Shown: positions 1 to 13,711 of the stretch, piece after piece
Numbering within the stretch: the stretch's first letter is position 1
Layout: each line of letters opens with the position of its first letter
DNA from: Vicugna vicugna
Lineage: Eukaryota
Assembly (NCBI GenBank): GCA_013265495.1
Contig: MU058844.1
Coordinates: 10,190,184-10,254,183, forward strand
DNA: 64,000 nucleotides
Direction: 5' to 3'
Notes under the pieces: generated by a model
Database searches by the model: none
The model's input: only the letters and a program-made list of their open reading frames with translations
Told to the model about the DNA's origin: nothing
Program-made: the position numbers and the translations under genes

Positions 1-859
1 TTAAGACATAAAGTTTGACACACAAAGAATTAGCTGAAAGAGTTAAAAATAACTGCCCCCAGGCTGGCAATTTCAAAAATTCAAGCAAGAGATAATGAGT
101 CAGTGTCCTAAGACAAAGGCAGAGGGAGTGGAAAAACGGGAATGAGAGACATTTAGAGGATTCTATATGTAGCTATTGGTGATTAATTAGAACCCCACAT
201 TTCTGTCTTGGGTCACTAAACAGATAGGTGATGTAGTTATTCACCAAGTCAGGTGAAATAAGAGGAAGAACAAACCTGGGAGTAAGGGGGATACAATATT
301 GGATATATTATATTGAGCTATGTGGAGGACAAACAGATGGGAGTGCGTGGGTCTGGAATTCAAGAGTAAAGCATAATCTGGAGTGACAGATGTGACTTCA
401 CTACAGTGACTGGATTGAGGACAGGGAGAAACCTATCTTGACATGAGTATCTGCAGCATCTAGCACAAATAGTGCCTAACATGTTTATTCATTCATACAT
501 TCACTCAAGAAAAAAATGTGTTATTTGAAATACTAGGGGTGGGGAAAGTGGAGAAGAAGAGTAGGAAATTGAGGGAGTTCATGTGAGAGAAACTCTTTGC
601 TCTGTGAACAAGGAGGGCTGGTGGTTTTCTGGAAGGGAAGAGGACAAGGTGCAAAGGAAGATGAAACACAAGAAAAGGGATGAGTTACATAAAGGATTGT
701 GAATGTTGGAATCATCAGCGAAAGAAATGCAAGAAGCTACTGGGTGAGGTGTCCAAAATCAGAAAGTCACAAAACACTGTGGGGGAGGCTGAAATTGGAA
801 GCCATATTGTAGTGGCAATGATCCCAAGAGTGGCTTTTCTCTAGCACTGCTTTCCTCTT

Positions 860-1062
860 CACCCAGAAGAACTATGCCTCTGTGTTCTGCCTTCTTTGAG
901 CACTGTGCTCCTACTGCTCTGACAGCATTTGTCAGTATTTCATTATATCTGTCTAGTCTACATACCCTTGCACACCATGAATTCCCCATCTTTGTATTCC
1001 CAGCATCTGGCACAGGGCTTGCCGCATGGTAGTCACACAATCGATGTGTGTTCAATTGAACT
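860..1062 (+). mobile_element. L2 LINE 3'-end remnant
   Basis: Decayed L2 tail motif: 'ctttgtattcccagcatctggcacagggcttgccgcatggtagtcacacaatcgatgtgtgttcaattgaa'. Similar L2 tails occur at about 2400-2490, 11260-11320, 30160-30235, 51620-51685 and 60700-60800. Confidence 0.55.
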
Positions 1063-3589
1063 GTATGCCTAAATCAAGTGATTAATTTCCCTGCAGATTG
1101 TAATCGGAAAAGCAAGCACATTAAATGCTTGTTTTCATGGGAGTATAAAACTGTGGTTTGGGGGAAACCTTGGAGTTTTGACACACAAATATTTATGAGC
1201 CTGATGTCATTCAAAAGTGATAAACTTTAAAAAAAAGCAACCACCTTGTATTATGGACTGCTTAGATCATGTTTATGGAAAGACAAGATTAAAGGCAAAG
1301 CTTTCTGGACCAAAGTTGCTATGCTGTTGCTTTCTGTGATATGTAGCTGCAGTTCCTCTTGAGATAATCATCAGATTCTGTCAGACTGTCTGTTTCTTGT
1401 TCAATGCCAAGGTTAACTGGGCAAATGCATTTCAAAGATAAAAACAGTTTAAGGTAGAACTGAAGAACTATAATCACTCAAAATGTTTGTGTCACTTCTC
1501 ATGTATCATCTAAAAATATTTAAAGTTCTCATATGGATGGTCTGTTCCTCTGTTGAAATTTTCAACTCCTATCAGGAGAGCAAACTAAGACTAAGTATCT
1601 TAGGTGTTTATATGTTTATAAACATAACAAGTGATAAGGTATAACCAAAAGGACTGATCCAAATCTGCTAACACTAAAAAAAAGTTTTGTAAGTAAAACT
1701 TAAGTGGAGTTTTCAAGGAGTTTTCTGGCAGGAGTAAGGAAAAGAAGACTCAGGGAGGATATAATGCCTTATGCAAGGGCATCAAACTGTCCAACAGGGA
1801 GGAGTTAATTCGATTTAAAGTCACTGAGCAGGCTATCTTTGATAGTGGGTGGGATGTCCACATGTTAAATATCAGAGATAGTTGCTCTCTCTGATTCTCT
1901 CCCTTTCAGACCATTAGAGCATTAAGACAGTTTGGCCCAGAATGTCAGAGGCCTAAACAGCTAGCTCACCCTCAATCTCACATTTATTTTTGTTCCATGT
2001 GACCAGAATTAATGTGGGTTTAAGTGTTAGATGGTGCTTTGGCCTAAGGCCATTTAAATCCAGCTAGAATACAAAAATGGCTGCTCCCCTTAAACTATAG
2101 GTCAGTATATCCTATTCCTCTGTATTGAGGTCAAGAGTCAAAGTGCACGCTCTGTTTTACTTTGCCATTGTTTCTTTTACCTATTCTGCCCAGGAATTTC
2201 TTGGTGCAGTGTTGAAGTAGGATTGTGGGTATTTGAGCCATGGCCAAACCACCTTAAATCTAACCACATTTTAACACATAACAGCTTTTAAATATTGGGA
2301 TGCATTTTCCCAGGCATTGGTTTTGGCTGTGTAATGTCACTGAAATTATCTTCTTACAGGTTTGTTTCCTCTATGATTTAAGAAACTATTAAGTTTCCTA
2401 AAGATAACGACTGTCTTGAGTCTACTTTATATTCCTAGGGTGTAACACAGAGCCAGGCACATAGTAAGCACTCAAATGTTTGTTGAGAGAGACTGTTTGT
2501 CCAGTGCCAGTTGTATAATTAGAGTTTCTTTCATTCTTGCAGAGTTAGGAACAAAGCGGCACTGACCTGCTGCTATTTTGAGATGCTGACTATCATGGAA
2601 ATTTTCCCAACCTGCTTTGCTGGGTTAGTTCAGCCACAAGAGCTCTCGTCAACGTAAAAACCGTACCAAGTATCTTCTGTAAAACTTTGGGGCAGGGAGC
2701 ACGAAGCTATGCAAGCAATACCAAACTTGGACTAGTCTAATCTTGGCTCTACTGCTTATCTACTGACTATGGGAAAGCCACTTCATCTCTCGGAGGCCTT
2801 AATTTCCTTCTCTGTCTGTTAAGGGGTTTGTATTAAATTAACTCCAAATTACCTCCTGGCATTAATGTCCATATTAAGTTTATCTCTGTATTCCTACCAC
2901 CAGGGTGGACTCATAATACAAGCTTAATTTTTATTAGTTAAATTAGATTGAAGTGGCCCCTGATTTCTCATACATTGCTTTACCATGTTTTAGTTCAAAT
3001 CTAACATTACTTTCAATTGTTAAGTTTTAAATTAAAATCTAAATAATCTCAGAGAAAAAGTTATTTTCCCCACATTTTTTTCTTTATCCAGCTTACATAA
3101 AAAACACAGTGAAAAAAGTCACAGTAAGTCAACCTGTGTGTTTAAAAATCTAGGTTGACAAATTTTACCTTTAATCATGAGTAAAGGATTCTCTTAGAGA
3201 ATTAGATTTTGGGGAGGGGGATGTTTTAAATTACTTACGCAGGGATTTCATGACGTTTCAGTAGCACTCAATAACCTGTTAGCAATCTGTAAGTGAAAAG
3301 GCACTGGTTTTGCTAAAAACCTTCCTTTTAGTTTGCTATCTTTACTTTTAAAAAAAATCTGTAATTCATACTTTTTATTAATTCAGGATTTTTTCTAACA
3401 ATCAATAAAATTAGTTTGGTTCTACATATTTATGATTATACACAAAATTATACAGAACTCTACATGAATATGGAATTAATTTTAATGGTTATTGCTAATA
3501 CTTTGAGGTTAAACACTCACCTTTCAACAGCATTAATGAATACCTGCTGGTTGTAAAGCATCATTATGGTTAGGAGGAAGAAGGACTGA

Positions 3590-3790
3590 GATATTTTTTG
3601 ACTGATTACCATATGACAGGCACCTTGCATTATCACACATAAACCTCTCAACAACGCTAAGATTATTATCATCTCCATATTTAAAATGAGGAGAAACCAA
3701 TGCTTAAAGAAGTTGTTACGTGCGCCTCAGAGAAAACAGGGAGATTCCATCCCAAGTTGTCAAATATCAAAGGCCATACATGTTCCTAAA
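3590..3790 (-). mobile_element. MIR SINE remnant
   Basis: Reverse-complement MIR core: 'attattatcatctccatatttaaaatgaggagaaaccaatgcttaaagaagtt'. Confidence 0.55.
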
Positions 3791-5819
3791 TACCATGCTA
3801 TGTCAACTTTGCTATGTTAACTGCCTTACATAGTCCTTTCAAGAATTCATGAATTTGTCTAAGTTTATCAAAAGGCATTCTCTAAAATTCATCTAATGGG
3901 GCAGTCCCTTAAGGGTAAAAGGTCAATATTCTGCTCAAGATCCTTCAGTAATCAAGAAAAGTTCTAATTTTTAATATGAATTTACCACTTCCTCTGATAT
4001 GTGATAACCAAACTACAGCTATAAAAAAAAATCACCACCCTATCTTTGTTAGGGACATTACTAATGCTCAACATAGCTGCTAATTCCAACCACAAAAACA
4101 ACTTCGGTTTGGTATTTCCCCTTGGCAGATGTTGATATCAAGACTTTATGTGATAGTTAACAGTTTATTGAGTTTATCCGAAACTTTAGACCACAAAGAC
4201 TCTGAGAAGTTTCCTTACTAAATAACAATTTCAAAATACTTCTCAGTGGAGCTACTTAGAGTATTTCAAAAAATATACTTTTATAATATATCTTCATATG
4301 GCTGAATGATTAACCACTCCAAATTGGCAAAACTATAGCTGTGCCCCTATCTGATGATCAGTCAATTAAGTATTTACTGATATGCCTGGAACTCAGACTT
4401 CTGTTATGTAATCCCATTTCTAAGAATTTTTCTTTAAGAAAAGTGAGTCAAATATGTTCAACTGTGCATTTTTTATGATTTAAAATGTATGAATATATTA
4501 AAAATCACCAAAAGAAGACTGATGAAATAAAATAAAGCACCTAGAATGATATCCATATACTGTAGACCTATATTCATTGACATGGGAAAATGCCCATCAT
4601 GTATCACTAAATGAAAAAATAGCTACTAAACTCCATGTACAAAGATACCTCTTTTGGTTTGCTTCTTGAAAAATAAACCTGTATATGTATTTGTAAGTGT
4701 ATTCAAAGAAAAAAATCTGGAAGATATACATACCCAATTGTCAGCAGAGCTCTAAGTATTAGAATTACAAGTGATATTATTTCCCTCTTTGAATTTTAAA
4801 AATTTTTTCCTGATAATTTTGCAATGAGAATAAATTAGCTTTATAATCAGAAAACAAAAACTATTCAAAATAAGTCTGATGGGCATTTCAGGGGGGTTTA
4901 ATTGATAGACCCTGAGAAATTATTTCAAGGCCCAGGTATGCAGCATATTTGAAAAGAATCTATTATGTTCGACATAGCCCCAGTTGCAAACTACAGTATC
5001 AGCCAGTGAAATCAATCACAAGCATTTGTCAAGCATCAGTGTAAGCATCATGATGCTTCACCACACTGGCGAATAGAAGATATTGAGTCTACCTTAAAGG
5101 AGCTTAAAGCTAGCCAGAGAACGAAGACATACCCACGTAATCCATTCTCACTCTTAACTAGTAAGATATATAAAAACTTGCTAACTTATGTTCACGGGCA
5201 GAAGGAAGATGATCTTCTAACTACTTGTTGAAACAGTTTTGCACCGGCGCCTCAGATCAGGCTGATACACACCTCCCAATACTTTTTGTATCATTTAAAA
5301 TTTCCGATTTTAAGGATATTAGTGCCTTAGGATCTGCTGGACTCCACTGTGCCAAAGATTAAATTTATGAATTTTTGTTCTGTAACAATGGAAAAAAGCT
5401 AACAGATTTTATTTAATATAATTAACTTTTTATTAAAATCACCTGAAAATGTGGTATTCCTCATATCTAAATTTCCTTAATGTCCAGAGCTTACATTTTA
5501 AGGGTCATACTTGTTAATAGTTTACCAAAATATTCACGAAGTATGTTCCTGCCTTCTTAAATACCTAAGTAAAATTGGATACTCTCTCCATAATTTCTTA
5601 TAATGAATATCCCCTGTCAGAGATTTGTTCCAGAATATTGAAGAGTATCGGACTGTTTGCCCTTTCATTGATTCGATCCACACTGTTACGTTTTCTCAGT
5701 TCTTGCATCTGCTTTTTGTTGTTACAGTTTTTAATCTACACAGCCTTTTGCTTTTCAGGTGCCACCTGTCACTTGCTGCCAAGACTCTGACTTAAGCAGC
5801 ACCCCTCCTCTAATTTTTT

Positions 5820-6320
5820 TAGTGTATCTTTGTCCGCTGTCATATAACAAATTATTTCAAACTAGCAGCCTAAAACAATAATGAACATTTATTATCTCAC
5901 AGTGTGTATGAGTCAGGAACTTGGGAGCACCATAGCTGATGTCTCTGGCTCTAGATCTCTCATGAGGCTGCACTGTAGACACTAGGCAGTGAACGCTTCA
6001 CTTAAGCTGGAGGCCCTCCTTCCAAGATGGCTCCCTCACATGGAAAATTTCCCTTATACATGGGCATCTCAGTAGGGCTGCATGAGTGTCCCTACAACAC
6101 AGCAGTTAGCTTTTCTCTGAGCGCCTGATCCCTGAGAGGGTAGGACAGAAACATTAAAGCTTTTACGACTTAGGTTAGGAAATCACACTCTGATTTCCTC
6201 AATACCTTATTGGCTACACAAGTCGCACTTTGCATTGTGAGAGTGAACATGTTACACAGGAGTGTGAACACCAGGAGGTGAGGATCACTGGGGGCCATTT
6301 GGAGGCTGGCTCTCTACCAT
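5820..6320 (-). mobile_element. MaLR (MLT1-family) solo LTR
   Basis: Typical MLT1 motifs on the reverse strand: 'gctgtcatataacaaattatttcaaa', 'acatttattatctcacagt...agtcaggaac', 'tccaagatggctccctcacatgg' and 'ggggccatttggaggctggc'. Confidence 0.75.
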
Positions 6321-7570
6321 ACTTAGTTAACCAGTTCGATGCTGTTAACTGAAGTTTAAATTTAAACTTCTGAAAAACAAATGATTAGTATATAAGACGG
6401 CTTTTGAGAACTTAACTGTTTTCTTTTAAAGTTTTAATAAGGAGAGTCACTAAGCTGTATTGAAGGTTATATTAACAATATTTACTATCTTAACAGGAAA
6501 ATTATCATCTAAGTATCAATATGACTCTACAAATATAGTATATTTTTTCTTGGGTATAACTTTGACAATCTTAGAACTTAACTGGTTTCTTTCTCTCTCT
6601 TTTTTTTTGTTTTAAAGAGGTATAATTTACCTACAGTAAATCTTGCCCTTTTTCATGTACGGTTCTATGCTTTTTGACAAATGTATATCATTATGTAGCC
6701 ACCACCATAATCAAGACATTGAACAACTTCATCACTTCAAAATATTAATGTTCTCTTGTCCTCTTTTCTTCCCTTACCCAGGCAGGAGGAAACACTTGTC
6801 TTCAGAATTAAGTCAATAGCATACCAGAAAACTTTACAGTAGAGAAAACTATGCTATGCTATCTTTCACCTCTAGAAATGAGTTAAACAGGGTTGAACTG
6901 TGATAGAGATGATGGAGATAAAGAAGGTCAGAGAGAGTGCCACAGTAGAAACACAAAAATGGCTATAAATGTACAAGACTGATGCTACAGGGACAGATTT
7001 GCAAGCTTTCATCTCATGTCTGAACTATTCTGATGCTGTGCCAATATTTCCTATACCTGAGGGATGAGAACACTGCAGTGGCTTTTATGAAAATGAACAG
7101 AGGAATGGCCTTATTATCCACTCCAAGGTTTGTTTTTAACCTATGCTAAAAGAAAAGTAAAAATTAGCTACCTTCCCAGATAGGAAATATCTTGGCTGAT
7201 CGCCTTCTTGACTGTAATTAAGAATAAAGACATTCTTGTTCATACTTTCAATATATTTGTATCGTACATATATATCTGGCAATGATAAACCTCACACCTC
7301 TCAGCACATCTTTCATGTCTTCTTTTACAATTGTGTGAATGGAATATATACAAGCTTCTTTATTCTTAGCTACTCAGATAACCACATAATAGGTATTAAA
7401 AAGGTGTGAAAAAAATCAGTTATAGAATTTAATCTATAAAAATTAAAAATAATATATAAAAGATAAAATTTACAAGGATGAATCTGAAACAGTTAAAATG
7501 AAGTAAATTAAAATAATTTGAGAAATAAGAAAGAGAAATCACATACAACTTACATATAATATGTATACTC

Positions 7571-7591
7571 TGTGTGTGTGTGTGTGTGTGT
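7571..7591. repeat. (TG)10 microsatellite
   Basis: Read directly from the sequence. Confidence 0.95.
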
Positions 7592-8679
7592 ATGCGTATG
7601 TGTTTGCATCAGGAGTGAGAGGGTTTATGAGTTAGAGGTAAAGATATGTACAAGAAATGTAATAATATTGGAGATTTAAGTAAAAGTTACACAGTTTGGG
7701 AAAACTAGAAATATCCAGAGCCTAACAGATACAAGAAGAAAAAACAAGTCACTCTGTTGGTGATTAAATGGGAAGAGAAATTAGGATAATGTGCAGAATA
7801 CAAAGAAAAATGGAAATCTGATAGAGTTGGAGAAATTGTCAGGCTAAGAAATCCAACAAGGCAAAGCAGCTTAGAGAAACTTTACAAATTGTGCCTTCTC
7901 TCTCAAACTCTTTTTCTACATTATCCTGACCTAGCCCCACATTCTTAACAAAACAAACAGACAAATAATAAACCAATGAGCTTAATTTAGCATGCCTCAT
8001 TTTTCAAGAACCTTTAGTAGTTCCTAGTGATCACCAAGTTCTTCTCAAAGCTTTCATTTATGTTATTAAGTTCAATTATCTTTCCTAGAGTTTTACTCAG
8101 GAAAGGTGCATTATTTACTGATGCATAGCTACTAGGAATATGTGAAAATACATCTAGTGGCTGTGAGAAACAAGTCTATGCAATTAACATGAGAGAACTT
8201 ACCTTTTACTAGGCAGTGTGATAGAAGATTTTTAAGCAAAATTGACTCATTCATTCATTATCCATTCAGAAACTACCCTAGATTTCTTCCATTTTTTTGC
8301 ATCCCACAAACAATCAATCGTTAAACTCTACTGAGTTTTGTCCCCTCCTCTCCATCTGTATTATCATTGCCCTGGTTGAGGCTGTCTTCAACTGTCACTC
8401 CAGTACTGCCAAGTTCTGGCCTCCTCTGACTTATCCAGTGGTTTAGGGGGGTAGATGGTGTCTCAGTCAAGGTAATGAGTATGTTCTCACTCCACATCCA
8501 CAGCCCAGTTTTGCTCTAGAATTTAAATATTCAGTGACTTATGGTACCCTTTCCTACACCCTGGAATCTAACCTCTATTTTTCTTCCAGAATGAACTTTC
8601 TGACCCAAATACCTGATGAAGCTATCTCCTCTACCCGCTAACATCTCTTCAATGGCTCCCCATCATCTGAAGGGTAAGT

Positions 8680-8962
8680 AGCAATTGCCAATGGCCACAG
8701 GGGCCAGGCAGGTGGCATAAATGATTCTTGAATAAAGCAGATCAATAGGGACTATTACAGAGTGATGACAGCAGAACCTGTCAAATATGGAAAAATGTGG
8801 CCAGAACTCCCAATTCTTCAGGACAGGCAAGAAGTTCAGATCTGTATGTAAAATTTCTCAATGTTTAAATGTTGGCAGCTAAATCTATATTTTTTAAAAT
8901 ACAAGAGGAACTAAATGAACCACTTTGGTAGCCTGTGGGCAATTAATCCGCCAACTCTGACC
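8680..8962 (-). mobile_element. hAT-Charlie MITE, MER102-like
   Basis: 'ggccacaggggccaggcaggt' and 'gatctgtatgtaaaatttctcaatgtttaaatgttggcagctaaat' resemble the reverse complement of MER102. The element sits between L2-like pieces. Confidence 0.6.
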
Positions 8963-10079
8963 TGATAGGATAAAATCCAAACTCCTTAGCATGGCATGAA
9001 TGACTCTTCATGATCTATTTCCTGTCTGCTCTTACAATCCTGTCTCTTGCCAGTTCTTCCTGACAAAAAACACGTATACTTAATTGTGAATTATCTTCAC
9101 TTCCGTAGTTTTAATTGCCTTTGTGTTTCCACCTCTGTTTTTCTGATGGAGTCTCCTCCCTAACTCACATTGCATCACTCTCAAACACCTCATCCAGTTC
9201 CTCTTTGATTAATTACTTTGACGAAGAGTCATTTCTTTGCAGAGGCTATCTCTGTCCTACCCCTCTCCTCCTTTGCCACCAAGGACAGATGTCTTTTTAT
9301 AGTGGGTTCCCAAAGCATTAAGTAGATCCCAGTCATTGCCTCAAATAATGACTCTAAGAGAAGAAGCAAGTATATGTGGGGAGCAGTTAAATCCCATTTT
9401 GCCTTTGTTAGGTTCAGATATTTCACATCAGTAAGCAGTTGTATAAATAGACCTGGAACTTAGCTGCACTATCTGGCCCTTGAGGTGGGGATATGAGGGG
9501 GGAAAAAAGCTTTGTATAGGGAAAAGAGAAGAGGGCTACAGATGAAATCCTGTGAAAGAAAATGTAGGCAGAAAAAAAAAAGGAGTATATGAGAGGAGTC
9601 TAAAAAGCAGTTAGAGATTCATTGGTGTATACCTCTATCAAAATTCATCAAATTGTACATCCGAAATATGTGTAGTTTATTGAAATACAGGAATCACACC
9701 ACAATAAAGGTGTTTAAAAAAAAGTAGTTAGAGATTAGGACGAAAACTAAAAGTCAGTGGTGTTATGAAAGACGGGGGGAAATTTTCAAGAAGGAGGAAT
9801 TATCCATCACGGTCAAATACCGCAAAATGTCCTTTGAACTTAGTAATAACATCAGTGGTCATCCTGATAAGACCAGTTTTTAAGGAATGGTGATTGTGAA
9901 ACCAAACTAGAACAAATTAAGGAAAGAAAAGACAACAGTAAGTGGGAATCAGGACTAAAGATTAGTCTATCAGGATTATTATTATTTAGTTTTTGTGTGG
10001 ATTAAAGAAGGAACACTAGAATTGTACACGGGTAAAGGAAGGATTTTTAGGAAAGAGCTGTTTATTCACTTATTTTTAG

Positions 10080-10290
10080 TATTTCACAACAGGGGAGGTA
10101 ATGGCATTTTGAGAAATGTAATTCATTATTGTGTGAAGAATTCCTTCACATTGCAAATTATTTAGCATCCCTGCCACCTCCTTTCTCACTAAATCATGGT
10201 ACTGCTCCCATCATTTTGATAATCAAAAATATCCCTATCACTTTCCAAATGCCTCTGAGGCAACAGTATTGGCCCTATCAGAGAATCACA
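10080..10290 (+). mobile_element. hAT-Charlie MITE, MER20-like
   Basis: 'tttagcatccctg...tttgataatcaaaaatatcccta...ttccaaatgcctctgagg...gagaatcac' resembles MER20/MER20B. Confidence 0.5.
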
Positions 10291-10611
10291 GCACAGTCCC
10301 CCCACAAAAGTTTCTTTTCCTCTTTCAATTTTTCATTAGGAAAAATCTCAAGCAGAAAAGTTGAAAGAATAGTATAATAAACATTTAAATACCCATTAGC
10401 TAGATTTAGATTAACATCTTACTACATTTGCTTTATTTACTTATATGAGAATTTATATTTATTTTTTATTTTGCTGAACCATTTGAAAAGAAGTTGTTAA
10501 CATTATGACACTTTATATGTTCATATCCTTAAATTAAGGACCAATTTTATAATCATAACATTATTACCATGTCTTAGAACACAAATAAAAAAATTCTTAA
10601 TATCAATCTGA

Positions 10612-10748
10612 GGGGAGGGTATAGCTCAAGTGGTAGAGCACATGCTTAGCATGCACAAGTCCTAGATTGAATTCTCAGTACCTCCTCTAAAAATAAATAA
10701 ATAAATAAACAAACAAACAAACCTAATTACCTCCACCCTCCAAAAAAA
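10612..10748 (+). mobile_element. tRNA-derived SINE, camelid Vic-1-like
   Basis: The head 'ggggagggtatagctcaagtggtagagcacatgcttagcatgcac' has a Pol III A box and is tRNA-Ala-like. A degenerate B box, (AAAT)n(AAAC)n and a 'cctaattacctcc' tail follow. Confidence 0.75.
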
Positions 10749-11522
10749 TGTTAAATAAATCTTCAAAAAATTTTTGAAAATCTAAAACCCCATCCCTATT
10801 CAAAATTTTCCCCAAAATCAATTATAACATTTTTCCAAATCAGAATCTAGTCAAAATTTACATATTTAATTTGGTTGTTATATTTTTCAGTTTCTTTTAA
10901 CCTTAAAATCTTCACTTTTGTATTTTTTATATTGATTTCAGCTTTCCTGAAGAGACCAGGCCAATTGTCCTATAGACTATCTTATATTTGGGTTTTTCTG
11001 ATTGAATCCTTATGGTATAATTTAATATGTTATTCTATCCTCTTTAATTCTTATAAAATGATGCCTGATCTAAAGGGCTTGGTTAGACTCAAGCTATTCA
11101 TTTTTGGTAAAAACATGTCACAGTTAATGGAAGGACATAAATGGAAGGAGGCTATTTTATTATTTATGGTGCTATGTTTGATCATGAAATTGAGTTACTG
11201 ATTGTTGTTGATTTAAGGGACTATAGGTTTACATTGTTATAACTTTAGCACTAATAGGGGGCTTGGCACATGGCAGGTGCTCCTAGATATTTGTTGAATG
11301 AATAACTGAATAAATGAATGATATAAACTGATTTAAAGTGACAGCTAACAATAAAAGAGGGAGTTGGGTTCTGATATACAAATTCTAGAATAGCTGGTTA
11401 TAGATCTAAGTGAGGAAATAAATTACTGAGTATTTATTCTTTATAGTTTTAGATCTTATGTTTTATAATGAGAATATAATTTTCCACTCATCATTATTTT
11501 TATGCCAGTGTTTAGACACTTA

Positions 11523-11640
11523 TGTTTTTTTAATTGAAGTATAGTTGATTTACAATACTGTGTTAGTTTCTGGTGTACAGCCAAGTGATTCAAATATCTA
11601 TTTATCTATCTATATATTCTTTTTCAGGTTCTTTTCCATT
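11523..11640 (-). mobile_element. L1 extreme 3' end
   Basis: poly(T) followed by 'aattgaagtatagttgatttacaatactgtgttagtttctggtgtacagc', the reverse complement of an L1 3' UTR end. Confidence 0.7.
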
Positions 11641-12043
11641 ATGAGTGATTCGAGAGAGTGATCGAGCAACCAAGACTGGAGCCATACTGTATTCTATCAA
11701 CTCATCTTTAAAGTGACCCATCATCACTTGTTTTGAATGCTACAGGTCACTCAGAACAACACAGGGACAATGTGAGAGCACTGTGCAAGATGTGATTACC
11801 ACTAGGAGGAGGTCACCGGGGACCTTCTTAGAGGCTGGTTACCACAGTTGTCATAACATTTACTCTCGGGTGGTGGTGGCACCAACAGTGACATTCTAGC
11901 CACATTTTCATATAGTGTGATCTTGACCATGTTTGTTATTATTGCCTGCCTTACAATTTGTCCCTGCTCATTTTGAGGGCCTTCTCACTAATTCTGGAAC
12001 CACTCAACATCTTGTCCATAAATATTCTTTCTGCTTATGGAAG

Positions 12044-13349
12044 TGTGGTGGGCAGAATTCTAAAATGCCCTCCAAGATTCTCATCCCCAGTGTAAACACC
12101 ATGTATAATCCTGTCATCTTGAGTGTTGGGAGAAACTGAATACAATGGATTTCTCTCTTGTGGTTGTTACATGACAAAAGTGGATTTTTTTTTTTGCAGA
12201 TGTAATTAATGACCCAAATCAGTTGATTCTGAGCAAATCAAAAGCAGGTTATCCTGCTAGTAAGAATGTGAAATGGTACAGATGCTACAGAGAACAATAT
12301 GATAGTTGCTCAAAAAATTAAAAATAGTATTACTATATAATCTAGCAATACCATTTCTGAGTATATGCCAAAAGAACTTAAAGCAGGGGCATGAAAAGGT
12401 ATTTGTACACCCCATGCTTATAGTAGTATTATTCACAATAGCCAAAAGGAGGAAACATCCCCTGACTGATGAATAGATGAACAAAATTTGGTATGTAGAT
12501 ATATACAATGGAATATTATTCAAGCCTTAAAAAGAAGAAAATTAGCTTTATTCATGTTGTAGCATGGGTACACATTATATTAACCGAAATAAACCAGTCA
12601 CAAAAGGACAGATGTTATATAGTTTCTCTCATATGAGACACTTAGAGTAGTAAAATTCATAAAGACAGAAAGAAGAAAAAAAATTTCCAGGGATTGGGTG
12701 GGGAGAGGGATGGAGTTATTGTTTAATGGGTTTCAGTTTTACAAGATAAGCAAAGCTCTGTGGATGAATGGTGATGATGATTGCACAGCAACGTGAATGT
12801 ACTTAACGGCATAAACTGTATACTTAAAATGGTTAAAATGGTAAATTTTAAGTTACATATATTTTAACACAATTAAAACTTTTTCATTAAAAATTTTGAA
12901 ATGTAAAACAAAAATTATTTTTAAAAAGGGGACTATCCTGATTGGGCTTCAGTTAATAGGGAAAGCTCTTCAAAGAAGGATGGGGCCTTCCTGGAGGGAG
13001 GGATTCTCCTGTTGGCCTGGCCCCCATGTTGTGGGCTGTTTATGGAGGGGGCCACATGAAAAGGACCTCAAGGCAGCCGCTAGTCGCTGAGAGCAGACTC
13101 CGACTGACAGCCAGGGGACCTCCATTCTACAACTGTAAGGAACTGAATGCTGTCAACAACTAGTGAGCCTGGAAGAGGACCCCGAGACTCAGTTGAGGGT
13201 ATGGCTAGTAACATTTTGATTTTAGCCTTGAAAAACCCTGAGCAGAGGACCCAGCTAAAATGTGTCAGAAACTATGACTTAAAAATTTGTGTTGTTTTAA
13301 GCCACTACACTTGTTGGAATCTGTTGCACAGCAATAGAAAACTAATACA
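12044..13349 (+). mobile_element. MaLR (MLT1E/F-like) solo LTR split by an L1 insertion
   Basis: Begins 'TGtggtgggcagaattctaaaatgccctccaagatt' and ends 'gcagcaatagaaaactaataCA'-like. The halves are 12044-12256 and 12924-13349. Confidence 0.75.
12257..12923 (+). mobile_element. 5'-truncated L1 (L1MA/L1MB-like), ORF2 tail plus 3' UTR
   Basis: L1 motifs 'ctagcaataccatttctgagtatatgccaaaagaa' and 'tacaatggaatattattcaagccttaaaaag'. Diverged TSD aaaagcaggttatcctg (12240-12256) versus aaaaggggactatcctg (12924-12940), 13/17 matching. Confidence 0.85.
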
Positions 13350-13543
13350 AATAGGCAATGTCTTGCTTGCAATCCAGAATCCTGACTGGTTCATGTATCT
13401 ATGCTTGGCCAGGGAAACTCGATAGACATTTCCAAGACTCTGTGCTATGAAATAAATAATCCCTCCTCCCTTCCAGGGAAACCCATCCATCACTAATAAT
13501 AGAAGACAGAGCCTGGCCTGACAGGTGAAATTAAAAAAAAAAA

Positions 13544-13668
13544 ATTTAAAGGATGTCCATTATAGTGTGTGTGTGTGTGTGTGTGTGTGTGTACACACAT
13601 TTAACTTAAAAGAAGTTAACTATTTATGTAGTTATTATTTATTTAAAGGATGTCCATTATACTGTGTA

Positions 13669-13711
<43 letters not shown>

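Noticed and set aside
10612..10690. Possible tRNA gene
   Set aside because: The T arm and acceptor stem are degenerate and a SINE tail follows.
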